Below, in pieces: positions 1 through 13,941 of a stretch of 64,000 bases of DNA. A program made the position numbers and the translations under genes. The notes beneath the pieces were generated by a model, which had not been told where the DNA came from, made no database searches, and worked only from the letters and a program-made list of their open reading frames with translations. This stretch comes from Octopus vulgaris (lineage: Eukaryota), in contig OX597814.1 of NCBI GenBank assembly GCA_951406725.2, positions 196,788,001 to 196,852,000 on the forward strand, read 5' to 3'. Position 1 is the first letter of the stretch, and the number at the start of each line of letters is the position of its first letter.

Positions 1-160
1 AATTTAATTAGAGGGATATCGTGCAATAGTGCACAAATTAACAATCAATACTCAGTGAAGGTTCCAATATTATTGGGAAAATAACGATATCGGAATGGAT
101 ATTGGCTGCCACACGCATATCTTAATCTGCAGTTATGTTCTGTTTTACGGCTCCATATAT

Positions 161-589
161 ATACTCTTTTACTCTTTTACTCTTTACTCTTTTACTTGTT
201 TCAGTCATGTGACTGCGGCCATGCTGGAGCACCGCCTTTAATCGATCAACTCGACCCCGGGACGTATTCTTTGTAAGCCTAGTACTTATTCTATCGGTCT
301 CTTTTGCCGAACCGCTAGGTGACGGGGACATAAACACACCAGCATCGGTTGTCAAGCGATGTTGCGGGGACAAACAGCCATACAAACATACACGCACACA
401 CATATATATATATATACATATGTACGACGGGCTTCTTTCAGTTTCCGTCTACCAAATCCACTCACAAGGCTTTGGTCGGCCCGAGGCTATAGTAGAAGAC
501 ACTTGGCCAAGGTGCCACGCAGTGGGATTGAACCCGGAACCATGTGGTTGGTAAACAAGCTACTTACCACACAGCCACTGCTGCGCCTA
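161..589 (-). mobile_element. tRNA-derived SINE, family A (CORE-like segment, internal microsatellite, (GAGTAAAA)n tail)
   Basis: Minus strand reads GGCGCAGCAGTGGCTGTGTGG (A box) ... GGTTCAATCCC (B box) ... CACCTTGGCCAAGTGTCTT; many near-identical copies in the window. Confidence 0.9.
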
Positions 590-649
<60 letters not shown>

Positions 650-1187
650 GTGTGTGTTTATATGCGTAAATATCGAATGATGAAAATGAGTGCTCAACAC
701 AGCATTGGTGGGTTTATTTCTTTATTGTGATTCATTGGTTTCATGTTAAGAGAAGTAGCAAAATATCCTAGTATCTTAACTATTTTTCAAGCCGATCGAA
801 AGGAAAAGGTTTTCACATCTATTTTGGTAAATATTCGCGTTTAGTTCACGGGGTTTCCCGTAAATTCATGTTTATAAATCAATGAATCAATGAATCAAGA
901 AACGTTACTCCTAGGTAGCATCTTTTGAGCAAATCTTTGTGTGGTCAATTTGTTTGCAGCATTTTAGGTTTTAGGTTTGGGTATGGTGTTTTTATAGTTG
1001 GGTGCTGAGGTGGTTCGTCATTGGAGAATATTTCTTCTTTGTGTGGAGTTTGTGTGCTATGTGTATCCAAGTTCGGAAAGGGGCTCTCCTGCTGGGGTTA
1101 CCGTTGCAGATAGGGGCTCTTCTATGAAATATTTTAATGTAAAACGTTGCTTGCGTATACTCATATATATATATATACATACATATA

Positions 1188-1356
1188 TACGACGGGCTTC
1201 TTCTAGTTTTCCGTCTACCAAATCCACTCACAAGGCTTTGATCGGCCCGCGGCTATAGTAGAAGATAATTGCCCAAGGTACCACGAAGTGGGATTGAACC
1301 TAGAACCATGTGACTGGGAAGCAAGAGTCTTACCACACACCCACCCCTGCGCCTAT
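1188..1356 (-). mobile_element. SINE family A, 5' half
   Basis: Matches the 424-589 portion of the first copy. Confidence 0.85.
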
Positions 1357-2220
1357 AGATATATATACTAATTCCTAGAAAAGAACGTCTTCGAGGTTTC
1401 GGCTAAGCCAACATCGGCTGGTCAAAATTTCGAAGTCACAGTCAAGAATAATAAATTTGCCAAATATGGAATCAGTATGAACCAGAAATCACGTGGTTGC
1501 AAAGTGAGCTTCTTATTCACAAAGTCTTTCTGTTCATGTATATAAAGATTTTGAAGGAATTAAACTATTGTGTTCCTATCCCCCAGTTTAGCGAAGAGTA
1601 CACGTACAGTTAGGCCAGATTTGAAATCGCTCATACACATGAATGTACACCAGCGTCATGGAACACGGACAGAATTAGACGTTTCAGAAAATGGCGGATA
1701 CACAATGCTTAGTCGACAGTGAGAGGGGGACAGAGAGAGAGAGTGAGTAAGAGAAGAGGCCATGACTAACCGGCCAGATATTGATGTCAAGAACTGCATC
1801 GTAAATGAAGTATCAGTCCCAACAGATGATAACGTATAACAGAAAAGAGAGATTATTCAAATATAAAGATCTGGATAGAGAGATAATCGCAAAGTGGCGA
1901 CTGAAAACTGAAACAATCGCTATAATAATTGGTGCTTAGGGAATAATAAAATCTCATGCATCAAAATTCCAGATTTATAAATCTGAACAACATAGAGGGA
2001 AGTGAAATAGTAGCCCATTGTTAACATACAGAGTAATGTCAATGGAGTAGAAATTACTGGAAAATGTAAAGAAAACACAGCACATTTCCATGTCGGACAC
2101 AAAAATGTAACACTTTTGAATGATAATGAAGATGATAATATTTATATTATTAACAACAAACAGTATAAATCTTACGTTCAATGCAGCGTAAGTCAAAAGA
2201 AGCTACATATGTGAGTATGC

Positions 2221-2374
2221 TAATATATATATACAAATATATATACATATACATATATACATATATACATATACATATATACATATACATATACATATAT
2301 GTATACATATATACATATACATATATGCATATACATATATACATATATATATATACATATATATACATATACAT

Positions 2375-2409
<35 letters not shown>

Positions 2410-2583
2410 CATATATATATAGATATACATATACATATACATACATATACATATATATATATATAGATGTATATATATATATATATAAATACAAGTGGGT
2501 TGACTATTGAAAAGCATACGGTATTATACCACATACATATATACATATACATGCATATACATACATATACATATATATATATG

Positions 2584-2620
<37 letters not shown>
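2221..2620. repeat. Compound (TA)/(TATACA) microsatellite with a duplicated ~45-bp LINE segment
   Basis: AAATACAAGTG.GTTGACTATTGAAAAGCATACG occurs at ~2488 and ~2621 with microsatellite between. Confidence 0.85.
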
Positions 2621-2621
<1 letters not shown>

Positions 2622-4405
2622 AATACAAGTGAGTTGACTATTGAAAAGCATACGATATTATACCACACTCCTGGATAATAAGAATAATGGAAATGTATGG
2701 AATAGCAGAGAATATGGGAATATGAGAAGCCTTATATGGAATAGCATGAAATGCTGAAAAACGGAAATTACAGCTGAGAAGTAAGTAGTAGGAGAGGTGA
2801 AAAATGAAGAAGGGTGTCTTACAAAGGGACAATGTGTCCCCACTGATCTTTGTACTCGGAATTATCCACTTGAGTAAAATACTACAGAAAACACAATTGA
2901 GGTATGATCTGGGAATAGGTAAAAGAAAACTGAACCACTTGCTATTCATGGGCGATTTAAAGTTGTTCTCAAAAATTGAGGCAGACTGGACAGCATAGTC
3001 CACTCTGTGCGGATTTTCTCCAATGATATTAAGACGGACTTTGAGCTCTCAAAATGTGCTATCATAGTGATGATGCGTGGAAAGGTTGTCAGGGCAGAAG
3101 AAATAGGGTGAAATGATGGCAATTCAACCTCAACCTAGTTATAATTGCCTGGGAATACTTGAGGTAGATGGAATTAATCACACCTATATGAAAGAAAAGA
3201 CAAAAAAAGAGTACCTACGGTGTATGAGAAAAAATATTGGCTTCAAAGTTGAATGCCAGGAACTCGCATAATAAATTCGCGCGCAGTCGCAATAGTCTGG
3301 TACGGCGCTGGAAACCGAAAGTGGACAGGGGACGAGCTGAAGGAGATGGAGATGAAGTAAGGAACGCTTGTAACGATGCATGGGACCCATCATCTACGTA
3401 CAGACACTGATCGCCTATACATGTAGAGAGCAGGTGGAAGAAGCGGACTGATGAGTGTGGAAGACTGTTTACGTATCGAACTCGAGATCTTAATGAGATA
3501 CCTAGCCCAAAGTAAGGATACCTATTTCTTTACTACCCACTAGGGGCTGAACAAACAAGTACAGACAAACGGATTAAGTTGATTATATCGGCCCCAGTGC
3601 GTAACTGGTACTTATTTTATCGACCCCGAAAGCATGAAAGGCAAAGTCGACCACGGCGGAATTTGAACTCAGCACGTAGCGGCAGACAAAATACCGCTAA
3701 GCATTTCACCCGGTGTGCTAACGTTTCTGCCAGTTCGCCGCCTTCCTATCCCAAAGTAAGGATACCTTGGGTGAGTTAGAAACAAGTGAGTACTGAGAGC
3801 AGAAAAAAAAGGGAAAAGAAAGGGAGAAGTACAAAAATGACATGAAGAAGAATTAAACGAGAGGGGACTACACAATCAATTCCATGTAGTCACAATAGAA
3901 GTTGCTGGAAAAAACAGGTGGGACCGACTGAAGAAAGGGACGCTAAAAAATAGAGAACAAAACTGGCAGCACAAAGCAAAGCTTTGGCCACGAACTGGAG
4001 GGTCACCTTTTAGAATTGGCACGTATCTCTGCTGTGCCGCATTTGTAATAGAGAGGATGAAACCATTGCCCAAATCACAAACGAATGCTCTGCACTTGCC
4101 CAAAACTTGCGGCGACATGATCTGGTATGGATCATGTGCTACATTGGAAACTGTGCGAAAAGCGGGGTCTAAAGAGTGGCAAGACCTGGTATGAGCATAC
4201 AACCCTTTTAAGTATGGAATAGCCTGGCTATGGAAAATGAAGAAGTTGAAGGTAGTGCTAATTATTGTTGGGTCCTTGGGAACAGTATCAGAAGGCATCA
4301 AGAGGAATATCAAGGAAATTCGAATAGAGTGCTGTGTAGAACTGTTACAAAATGTTTGCGTCTTTGACACAGCCAGAATAATCAGGAAGGCATTAGATAG
4401 GTGAA
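2621..4405 (+). pseudogene. Decayed R4/Dong-clade non-LTR retrotransposon RT and C-terminal region
   Basis: Translated motifs [38 protein letters not shown], and C-terminal IIVGSLGTV...LQNVCVFDTARIIRKAL; stops and frameshifts; (TAA)n follows at 4651. Confidence 0.8.
3521..3746 (-). mobile_element. tRNA-derived SINE, family B (MetaSINE-like domain), inserted in the R4-like LINE
   Basis: GTCGACTTTGCCTTTCAT..TTTCGGGGTCGATAAAATAAGTACC on the minus strand; flanked by direct repeat CCCAAAGTAAGGATACC at 3506 and 3750 (partly overlapping the SINE tail). Confidence 0.88.
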
Positions 4406-4649
4406 AAGAATGGATAGCATTGCACCGTAGGCAGCAGGTAGCAAGCCCCCTATGCATGCAAGACCCCAGGTGTTCTAACAAAAACTAAGGTCATGTGCTG
4501 TTTATTTTGATATGAGATCATCATGTCGCGCATATATGGTTGTGATACATGTGCCTAGTGTACCCTTATCAGACGGGTAGTCATGATGGGTATACTGGGC
4601 TTCGTATATTTTACCCCACTGTCACTTTGATGGCATGCACTGTTCTCTC

Positions 4650-4694
<45 letters not shown>

Positions 4695-4699
4695 CCTTT

Positions 4700-4912
4700 A
4701 TCTTCCACTAAAGGCACAAGGCCTGACATTTTGTAGGAGGGGAGTAGTCTATTACATCAACCCCTAATGATTTACTGATATTTAGTTTATATACCCGATA
4801 GGATGAATCGCAAAATCGATCTCGACAGAATTTGAACTCAGAACATAACGACGGACGAAATGCGCTAGGCACTTCGCCCGGCGTGCTAACGACTCTCGCA
4901 GCTCAACACCTT
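4700..4912 (-). mobile_element. SINE family B, diverged
   Basis: GAATTTGAACTCAGAAC...GACGAAAT...CGGCGTGCTAACG, same order as other B copies. Confidence 0.75.
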
Positions 4913-4913
4913 C

Positions 4914-4914
<1 letters not shown>

Positions 4915-4998
<84 letters not shown>

Positions 4999-5032
4999 CA
5001 ACAACTACGACAACAACAAAAACAATAATAAA

Positions 5033-5099
<67 letters not shown>

Positions 5100-5160
5100 G
5101 TGATGATGATGATGATAATAATAACAATAATAATGATAATAAAAATAATAGTAATAATGA
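4915..5160. repeat. (AAT)n microsatellite
   Basis: Direct inspection. Confidence 0.98.
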
Positions 5161-5890
5161 AATGGTAATATAGTGGGAAATACGACCTTGAATGTGATTT
5201 ATCCCGTATAAATTGTTAATTGTTATTGACCGACTTTCGTTGCACTCAACATCTTTTGTATTCATTTCTCTTGACAGGAATGCAGAATCTAATTTTGCTC
5301 CGTTCTTCTATTAATAGCATAAATTTTCAACAGACAAACGAACGGCCTTTGAAACGTTAATCAATAATATTTCACAGTATCCCATGTCGAAAGTTTTTTT
5401 TTCTCTCCATGTCAATCGATGGTGGGTGAATGCAACGTCAGTAATTATGATTTCGCAAACTTGACTATGTAACTGTGTTATCGATGTAGTAACTATTACT
5501 AAAATGTGGAGCGATTCACAGCGGGGTAAATAAATATAATAAATAAGCACCATTGACAGAACAATGCACAGCCCAAAGCCTTCTAAATTGCAGCCGAGAA
5601 TCAATAGAAATTACAATGCTCCTGCGTTTATATATACATAAGAAAGTATATTAAAGCAAGCATAAATCTACCATACTGTAATTTGTTTATTTCACACGAT
5701 TGCTGGTTAATTACCAGGCTCACTCGCCTCGTATATGCATGTGTACGTTTATATATATGTGTGTTTGTGAGTGTGTGTATGTTTGTATGTATACACGAAA
5801 ATAAGGTGGAAAAAATAGTACTCGAATACTGAAGATAGAGAAATATGATTTTTTTGGAAAAAATTAAAGGTGAGAAACCATCTACAAAAA

Positions 5891-5992
5891 CTGCCACTCA
5901 GAGTTATCACGTTCCCGTTCGTCGGACATTTTTTATCTAGATTCTTCGTCACAACAGTCCGACGAACGGGAACGGGAAATTCTGAGTAGCAG
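5891..5992. repeat. Inverted repeat of two hammerhead-like motifs
   Basis: 5891-5927 is the reverse complement of 5957-5992; each arm approximates CCGACGA-ACGGGAACGT-GAA-ACTCTGAGT. Confidence 0.6.
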
Positions 5993-6014
5993 CTTTTTTT
6001 GTGTTTATACAGCT

Positions 6015-6071
<57 letters not shown>

Positions 6072-6169
6072 TTAATAATAATAATAATAATATATATATA
6101 TATATATATATATAAAGATATATAGTTAGATAGATAGACAGACAGACTGATACACACACACATACACAC

Positions 6170-6216
<47 letters not shown>

Positions 6217-6320
6217 TGATAAAAATGCTAAGACAACAAAGGAATTAAAGAGACCTCGATATTATGTAAATAGAGGAGTTTATCTGTAAATTTAATATGT
6301 GACAATTATTCGGTAGCCAT

Positions 6321-6381
6321 GATAAAACTCCGAGTTTCGGATGCTGAGGTGGAAATCCACGCCGCCATTTCTACAATTATC
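6321..6381 (-). ncRNA. Degenerate type I hammerhead-like fold
   Basis: GATAA-ttgtaga-[stem II with GTGGA/TCCAC]-GAA-ACTC G GAGT-T-TTATC; core deviates from CUGANGA. Confidence 0.45.
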
Positions 6382-6648
6382 TGGCCATCGGAAAAAATGC
6401 TATGAAAAATGACCGTTATACAAAGGGAAATTACTGTGTGCTTGACCGTTATTAAGACAAAAGAGCTATTTGAATGACTGCTAAGTGAGGGAAGGGAGTA
6501 AACGTAAGGGGGTAAAAAGGTCACAGTATTCGCGTAAGGGCGCATGTTCATACATACATGCGCGCCCGCACACCCACGCACATGCGCCTAAAAGTATACA
6601 CTCATCCACCCTTGGTTGAAATGTACACAACCTCACCCGCATCATTCT

Positions 6649-6685
<37 letters not shown>

Positions 6686-6792
6686 AACCCACATACACAC
6701 ACGCGCACCAAAGGTTCATACACACGTCTATATACCCACAAGTACAAGAAAGCACAGAGATGAATTTCTACAGCTGGTATGGCATATTAATA

Positions 6793-7315
6793 TTGGGTCG
6801 TTCGGAAAGTTCGTGCCGATTTTTAAATCAACCAAATATAAACCATTTTGTTGCACAATGCGTCTCCATCTTTCCTTTCACTTGAAAATACACTCTTCCC
6901 AGAATTGAGGTGGTTTCATTGCAAAGTATTCATCAAGGTATCTTTTTACATCATCCAAGGAATTGAAATTTTTACTATTAAGACTATTCTGCAGAAACCT
7001 GAATAAGTGGAAATCCAAAGGAGCAATATCTGGTGAATATGGAGGGTGGAGTAATACATCCCAGTCGAGCTGCAGCAATTTTTGTCTGGTTTCCAAAGCA
7101 TCAAGTGACGAAAATGAACTTTCTTATCTTCCATTGTAAAGGGTTACAAAATAACACATGTTATAGGAACAAAAATCTTCTTCCACGAAAAGATAGCTTA
7201 ACCTGTTCTCTAAATGGAAGTGTAGTCAAATCCTATTTTATGAACTCAAACATGTTCTAAAATAAGTCGAATGTTAAACTACTGTAAATCGGCACGAACA
7301 TTCCTGACAACCCAG
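6793..7315 (-). mobile_element. Internally deleted mariner transposon
   Basis: TIRs TTGGGTCGTTCGGAAAGTTCGTGCCGATTT / AAATCGGCACGAACATTCCTGACAACCCAG with TA on both sides; HPPYSPDIAPLDFHLF motif joined to N-terminal MEDKKVHFRH. Confidence 0.9.
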
Positions 7316-8140
7316 TAGTTACTTCGAGATTAATGTAGTGTGAACACAGGTATAACTTTGGTCCGGAAAATACCTTAGTTAAGCTTAGGTGAAATGAGTA
7401 GCATTATGTGAGCTTCATTCGTTTTTAATATCGCTTAATGATAGAACGTAATACTGGCCACTGTTCATCCAATTATTCGTGATTCAAAATAAATGGCATT
7501 TGCCTAATCCTTTCCTTTATTAATAAACCTTCGCTTCAACCAAATTAACCATATTTTCAAATTTTCGTATAGTCGATAATTACCATGATTGTTTCATGCT
7601 GTCATGGAGAATTACTTGAATTAAAAGCGTAATAGTTAGTTATTAATATTTTCCCATTTTAATTCAACCCCCTACCAGTTAAAGGGGATGGTCAGAATGT
7701 GAATATTTGAATGGAATAAAGCTGATAAGGTCTAGAATTACGACACTGGAAATACATTTTGTGCAAGAGCATCTACTGCAGATTGATATGTATACGAATT
7801 AAGTTTGATTATCAGGCAGTACCTACGAAAACAGGAGCTGCGATGTGTACAGGGTTTCGAAAAGTTGCCAGATAGAAAAGAGACACGGATGTATGGTTAC
7901 CAAACTCGCTTTGCTACCACAAATTTTCGACTTCCGTGACACTGCACAGTATCTTTGGCAAGTGTTTTCTACTATAGCCACAAGCCTACCAATATATCTT
8001 AAGTGAGTTCAGGTTGTCAGAAACCGTGTTAAAGCCTATGGTTTCATAAACCATGGGCTTTAAGACGGTTAAAATCACTGATGTATTTCAATTTATAATA
8101 ACTTCCTTAACTTTACCAATAAATGCATATATATATATAT

Positions 8141-8256
8141 GTCGGCCCGAGACTATAGTGGAAGACACTTGCCCAAGGTGCCACGCAGTGGAACTGAACC
8201 CGGAACCATGTGGCTGGTAAGCAAGCTACTTACCACATAGCCACTCCTGCGCCTAT
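8141..8256 (-). mobile_element. SINE family A, head fragment
   Basis: GAAGACACTTGCCCAAGGTGCCACGCAGTGG...CACTCCTGCGCCTA. Confidence 0.85.
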
Positions 8257-8409
8257 ATGTAATTTTGAGGGGAACGGGAGTCGTTTACTCGATTCTGAAA
8301 CGATGAGAGGCAAAGTCGACTTCGAAGCTAGAAGAGATGATGGTAAGCATTTGTTCCGCTGTCCTCACGATTCTGCCAGATCTCTGCCCTACTGATGTCA
8401 AAGTTTGAT

Positions 8410-8610
8410 ACAAGCCTAGTAATTTAGGAGAAGGGGATAGTCGGCTATATCGATCCCGGTGCTTAGTCAGTATTTATTTAATAGACCCCGAAATGACGAA
8501 AGGCAAGAACGGCTTCGGTGGAATTTAAACTCAGGATGTAAAGAGCCAGTAAAATTACCGCTAAGCATTTTGTTCGACGCATTCACAACTCTGGCAGCTC
8601 ACCACCTTAT
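8410..8610 (-). mobile_element. SINE family B, diverged (a second remnant at ~8260-8390)
   Basis: GACCCCGAAATGACGAAAGGCAAG...GCTAAGCATTT...CAGCTCACCACCTT. Confidence 0.7.
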
Positions 8611-9881
8611 ATATCGCATTAAAGTGAAATGAAATATATTAATTTTGAAATGACAACCGGAAATATTAGCTGCACTTGAGAAAAATATGCAAAAGCGGGA
8701 CTGCGAAATTTGTTTGTGGCAAAGGACATTAACTGAGGCCACACAAAGGATTTCTATTTGTTTCTGCGAGGCAGAATTGCCCTAGGAATATATAAGAAAT
8801 TCCTATCTTTCTCTTTACTTTACTGCTAGACGGTGTCTGATGACGGAAAATAATGAGATGCCATCGAAGGAATAAACTATCTTCTACCTTCAAATCTTAG
8901 TGTATTGCATTTTGCTTAATTAATTTTTGTTTCTCGTTATGCCGTGCCCACGATTCCAAAGAAAGATGAAATAGTAATATACTCGACTCCAGCTATAACA
9001 AACATTAAGAACATTATTCGATGTAAGAAAACAGAAATTAAAATCTTCAATTAGAAATTGAATATGCAAGTTCTTGAACTTCGTTTAATCTAGAATAGAT
9101 TCGTCTTCCTTTAACGGCAAATCATTACCAGAAGCAAACCACGTATTGGAAATAAATTATAATATAAAGATCAGGCATACCTCCTCGGGATGAATGACGG
9201 TGCAGCTTAATTATAAAATACATTAATATGGTGAAAGGTAGACGAGCATATGGAAGATAAGTAAGCTCTTTGAACCGTGAGGTTTTTAAAATGGTATGAA
9301 AGATAAACTTGTTTGTATAATTTCTATTACATTTAAATACAGCTATTTATCATTTCGTTATCAATATCGTAAACACTAGTCACGTACTGGGTTGATAAAT
9401 ATAACCTTATTCATGAGATAGGAAACTAGGGCGAACTGTATATAAATCTATAAATTAAAACTACGTTGGTACTTAAATGTGTTCAGTGTGACATGAAATT
9501 CCAAACAAAATCTTTCTATCTCATGTATGACGATTTGCATTTTGCCCTCTCGGTGTGAGGTTGCACACTTTATTATTTAAAACCATAATAATATATAAAT
9601 ATGTAATTGAAAATACCCATTTACATTCCTGTCATAAACAAATCGAAAAATTGTAAAATATAAATTTCTAATCAAGACGTAAAAATCTATATAAAAATAA
9701 AATAAAATATTTACATTTATTTCTCGGTGTTTGTTTTATTTTAATTTTTTTTTCATTTTATTTCATTTTAAGATGCAAATAGGCAAATAGTGACATCAAT
9801 GTCAAGTGTAACGAAATAGTTACAGAAACAATTATAAGAGCACACACTCGCACATAGAAACACACATACATGCATATGTAA

Positions 9882-9884
<3 letters not shown>

Positions 9885-9959
<75 letters not shown>

Positions 9960-9993
9960 GTATATATGTATATACATATGTGGACATATACAA

Positions 9994-10024
<31 letters not shown>

Positions 10025-10119
10025 GTATATGTATATATCTATATCTATATATGTATATATAGATATTTATATCTATATCTATATATGTATATATATATTT
10101 ATAGATATTTATAGATATT

Positions 10120-10151
<32 letters not shown>

Positions 10152-10251
10152 TATACACATGCGTGTGCATGCACATATATATATGCATGCATATATTTAT
10201 ATATATATATATATATGTGTGTGTATATACCTATATACATGTTAATGCATT

Positions 10252-10299
<48 letters not shown>

Positions 10300-10305
10300 C
10301 ATAAA
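9885..10305. repeat. (TA)n compound microsatellite
   Basis: Direct inspection. Confidence 0.95.
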
Positions 10306-11487
10306 TGTATATAAACAAATTGTACATCTGTTGTAAATAGATATACAAACTACAAGTTGTGTAATTATCTGTGAAATAGAATGTTGTAAATTAATTGGAA
10401 GGCAAGGCAATCTTAAGCTTAATAACAAAATCATTTCAGTTTGTTTTAAGCGAAATCCAATTCAAAATTATATTTAATAAGATTTTCTAAAGAGCACGTC
10501 GACATACAACTATGCGAAGCGCCATATAATTATCCACAAGCTAACATACCTACATACCTCCATGCCTACACAACCACCTTCGCGTTTATTCTTTGATATG
10601 GAAACATCAGCTATGGAATATAACAGGTTTGTCTTATAATTACTGTTAAGTGCACAGTTTTGGAATAAAACGTTCTATTTGAGACCAAAGTTCATATTGA
10701 ATAATGTTAAAAGAGAAAATATTTCCAATTGTTTAAAGGAAGAAACTGTCATAACAGCAGAATAGTTTAGTTCTCGTGTAATTTGTATGAAAGTTTGCTA
10801 TCAGCGTCTTGAGGTGGAGAATGGATTGGAGGGAAACGTAGATCAATAGATGCATAGACTGCAAAGATATTTGCAGACAATTGATATTTTGTGTGGAATG
10901 TGAAGCATTAGTCATAACAGAGACGACCTAATTTTAAATGAACATCCATTTAAAGTGTATGTGTAATGTGGGAAACATGTATTAGACGTTAGTGCGGCAG
11001 TCATGACAGCGTGGTTGAAAAAAAAAGGAAGAAAAGCGTGCGCCACAAAAATATGGTTGCAGGATCGATTTCATTGCGTGCCATCTTGGACAAATATCTT
11101 GTTTTGCCCTGACGTCAAGTTGACCATTAATTATGTTGAGAGCGGGATTCGCTAGATGTAAAATAAATGCTGCGTGTGTGTGTTTGTGTGTGTATTTGTG
11201 TGTGTGTCTGTGTTCGCGTCTGCGTTTGAGGTTATGTGTACTCGAATTTAACTCACAGCGATGTAAATTACCGAAATATGCGAACATTAAAGAGAAAATC
11301 AATAAATGGTGCCAACGTGATATAACCATTGGAGAGAAAGCCGATAAATTCTGCTCGGGGTATTTGTTCTGCCCGAGTTACACAGACAATCTCCTTTAAG
11401 TTAGGCCATCGTAAATTCAGTGAACCAGTCATTAGCCCACTGGAAACATTAACCAACGACTGCATTCTGAATAAATAGAAAACGTTA

Positions 11488-11880
11488 TCTCTCTATATAT
11501 AAAGCTGAAGTTGTCTGTGTATGGCAGGTTTGGTAGCCTTCAACTAACACTATCTCCTCGGAGATCCGGCGGCGCAAGTTGACCAAAATTGAGAGTATGA
11601 TAGAAGAAGGCTAGCTTTTCCTTCCGTATAAGATAAAATTCAAATCGGACCATGTTAACACCAAAAATTATTTACATCAAAAAGGTGCTTTTTTTCTATG
11701 AAAATCCCTATTTTTTTACGATTTTTTGACTGCTGTGTTGCCATTTTTCGGTGTGTTTCAACGAGAAAAATATTCACTTAAAGAGACTAACAAGCTACAT
11801 AATGCAAAATGTTTACATTTCAAAGATTCTAATTCTAAACAGGCGAAACAAACCCGCGCAACGCCGGGCGATACTGCTAG
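11488..11880 (+). mobile_element. Non-autonomous Helitron
   Basis: A|TCTCTCTATATATAAAGCTGAAG 5' end; subterminal hairpin CCCGCGCAACGCCGGG (11853-11868); CTAG|T 3' end. Confidence 0.82.
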
Positions 11881-12764
11881 TAATATATATACGATAAATA
11901 AAATAGTGAACGCTCATAAATGATGAGAAATGAACTTTTCTGAGTTCTGTATATTTATGGTGGGTGATAATTATCCTTGAAATATATCGAATACTTTCTA
12001 ACGTAAAATGTTGCCTATACATGGAGGACTGCAGTACAAAAACATGGTGGTCATGCCGATATAAAAGTAGTTACGTCGAGATATGGAATAGAAAAAATCT
12101 TCATTCCAAATTCATTGACCGACATCACAAAGACTCAACTTGCCTGAAATACACGTGGGTTCACAAAAGACAAGTTGGTGGTGGTTTAGGGTGGCCTGAA
12201 TTTTATTTGCAATCAGTACAACGGGTGGATAATATATGTTCTTTCTGTATTCTTTAGTTAGAAGAAAATGCAGTACGTTTGAAGGGCCTCAGAGACTAGT
12301 GGACGGAAGAGAGGAAGATAAACACATACCAGAAATTCGCTGCGAGTGCTCGCAGTGTACTGAGCTCTGCTAAGAACACTCAGAGGTTCTGTTAATAGTG
12401 GTAAACTGGGCGATCTATTAAATCATTTACCCAAGAAGACAGGAGAGGAATCAGAACAGGACTAATACTTCTAGGCATCAGGGTCGATCTTCTCTCAATT
12501 TCAACCATTTACTGAACTGGATTGATACGTTTTTATTGACCACTAAAGAATAAACTTCAATATTGACCGCAGCAAGATTTGAACTCATAACGCAGTGAGT
12601 CGGGAAAAAGCACTGCATTGCGTCATATCTAACACACTAGCAATAGTGATGAGTTAATTGAAACACAGTTTACAAATTTAGATACAGGACGCTATACTGA
12701 ATGGTACCGATTGGTACCAATAGCTGCTGGATTTCATTAGAATTATCTTTTGCAGTACAGTAAA

Positions 12765-12895
12765 GGTGCGTGGTCTAGGGTTTAATGTTTTGCGCTCACG
12801 ACCCTCAGATGGTGGGTTCTTTTCCCGAACCGGGCTAGGAGTTGTGTTCTTGTGCAAAACACTTCATTTCACTTTGGTCTAGTACTCATACAGCC
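12765..12895 (+). mobile_element. Old CORE-type tRNA-SINE (family C)
   Basis: GTTGTGTTCTTGTGCAAAACACTTCATTTCAC matches the copy at 56784. Confidence 0.6.
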
Positions 12896-12924
12896 GCAAG
12901 GGCTGGAGTATTGTCACCTGAATC

Positions 12925-13140
12925 TTTTCTACTCCAGGCACAAGGCCCGAAAGTTTGGGGAAGGGGCCTCGTCGAATAGAGCGACTCCTGTACGCAACTG
13001 GTACTTAATTTATCCACCCTGAAAGGATGAAAGGCAAAGTCAACCTCGGCGGAATTTGAACTCGGAACGTAAAGACAGACGAAATACCGCTAGACATTTC
13101 ACTCGGCGTGTTAACGATTCTGCCAGCTCGGTTGTCGCCT
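12925..13140 (-). mobile_element. SINE family B
   Basis: GAAAGGATGAAAGGCAAAGTCAACCTCGGCGGAATTTGAACTC. Confidence 0.88.
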
Positions 13141-13782
13141 GAATGGTGCACAAATGTTAACCTCCAGGGGTAGTGCATGCAGCGACGAGCTGTTACGCAG
13201 CAGGGCCCTACACTACTACTAGTAGTAGTAGTAGTAGTAGTAGTAGTTACGTGTGAAGGTAACGACGCTTGTGTGGCGCATGCAAATGTACCTGTATAAC
13301 AGTTACTTATTGCAGTAACATATTTATATAGAAATATCAAAGGAAAACTTTCTCATTGAATATTGAAAATTGCTTTTAAGTAGTTTCCAACCATTAGATA
13401 AGGGAAGTTCGATGCCTCAGTTATATTCAATGTTGGATTCTTAAACTAATTTCAAACTTGAATATAACGAACATTTTCAAAATAATAATGATACAAATCA
13501 AATTTGATGAATTTTATTCATGCCGACTTGACAAAAATATTTGTATACCAAACATGTTTTTACTACCACTATAATCATTATTATTATTACTACTACTACT
13601 ACTACTACTGCCACTACTACTTCTACTACTACTACTACTACTAAAATAACTTGGATCTTCCACAAGATCAAAAACTTGGTAAACAGATCAAATTCGGGAT
13701 GTACTTAAATTACAGTAATTTAAAGCATATTTGACAAAAATATTTGTATACCAAACATGGTTTTACTGCCACAACCAACATT

Positions 13783-13810
13783 ACTACTACTGTTGCTGCT
13801 ACTGCTGCAG

Positions 13811-13873
<63 letters not shown>

Positions 13874-13882
13874 GTCATAGTC

Positions 13883-13941
<59 letters not shown>

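Noticed and set aside
962-985. Telomere-like TTTTAGG repeats
   Set aside because: Only two or three imperfect units
1382-1421. CCGATGT-TGGCTTAGCC-GAAAC on the minus strand
   Set aside because: Two core mismatches and only a 2-bp stem I
3876-4481. 201-aa minus-strand ORF
   Set aside because: Antisense to the R4-like LINE remnant
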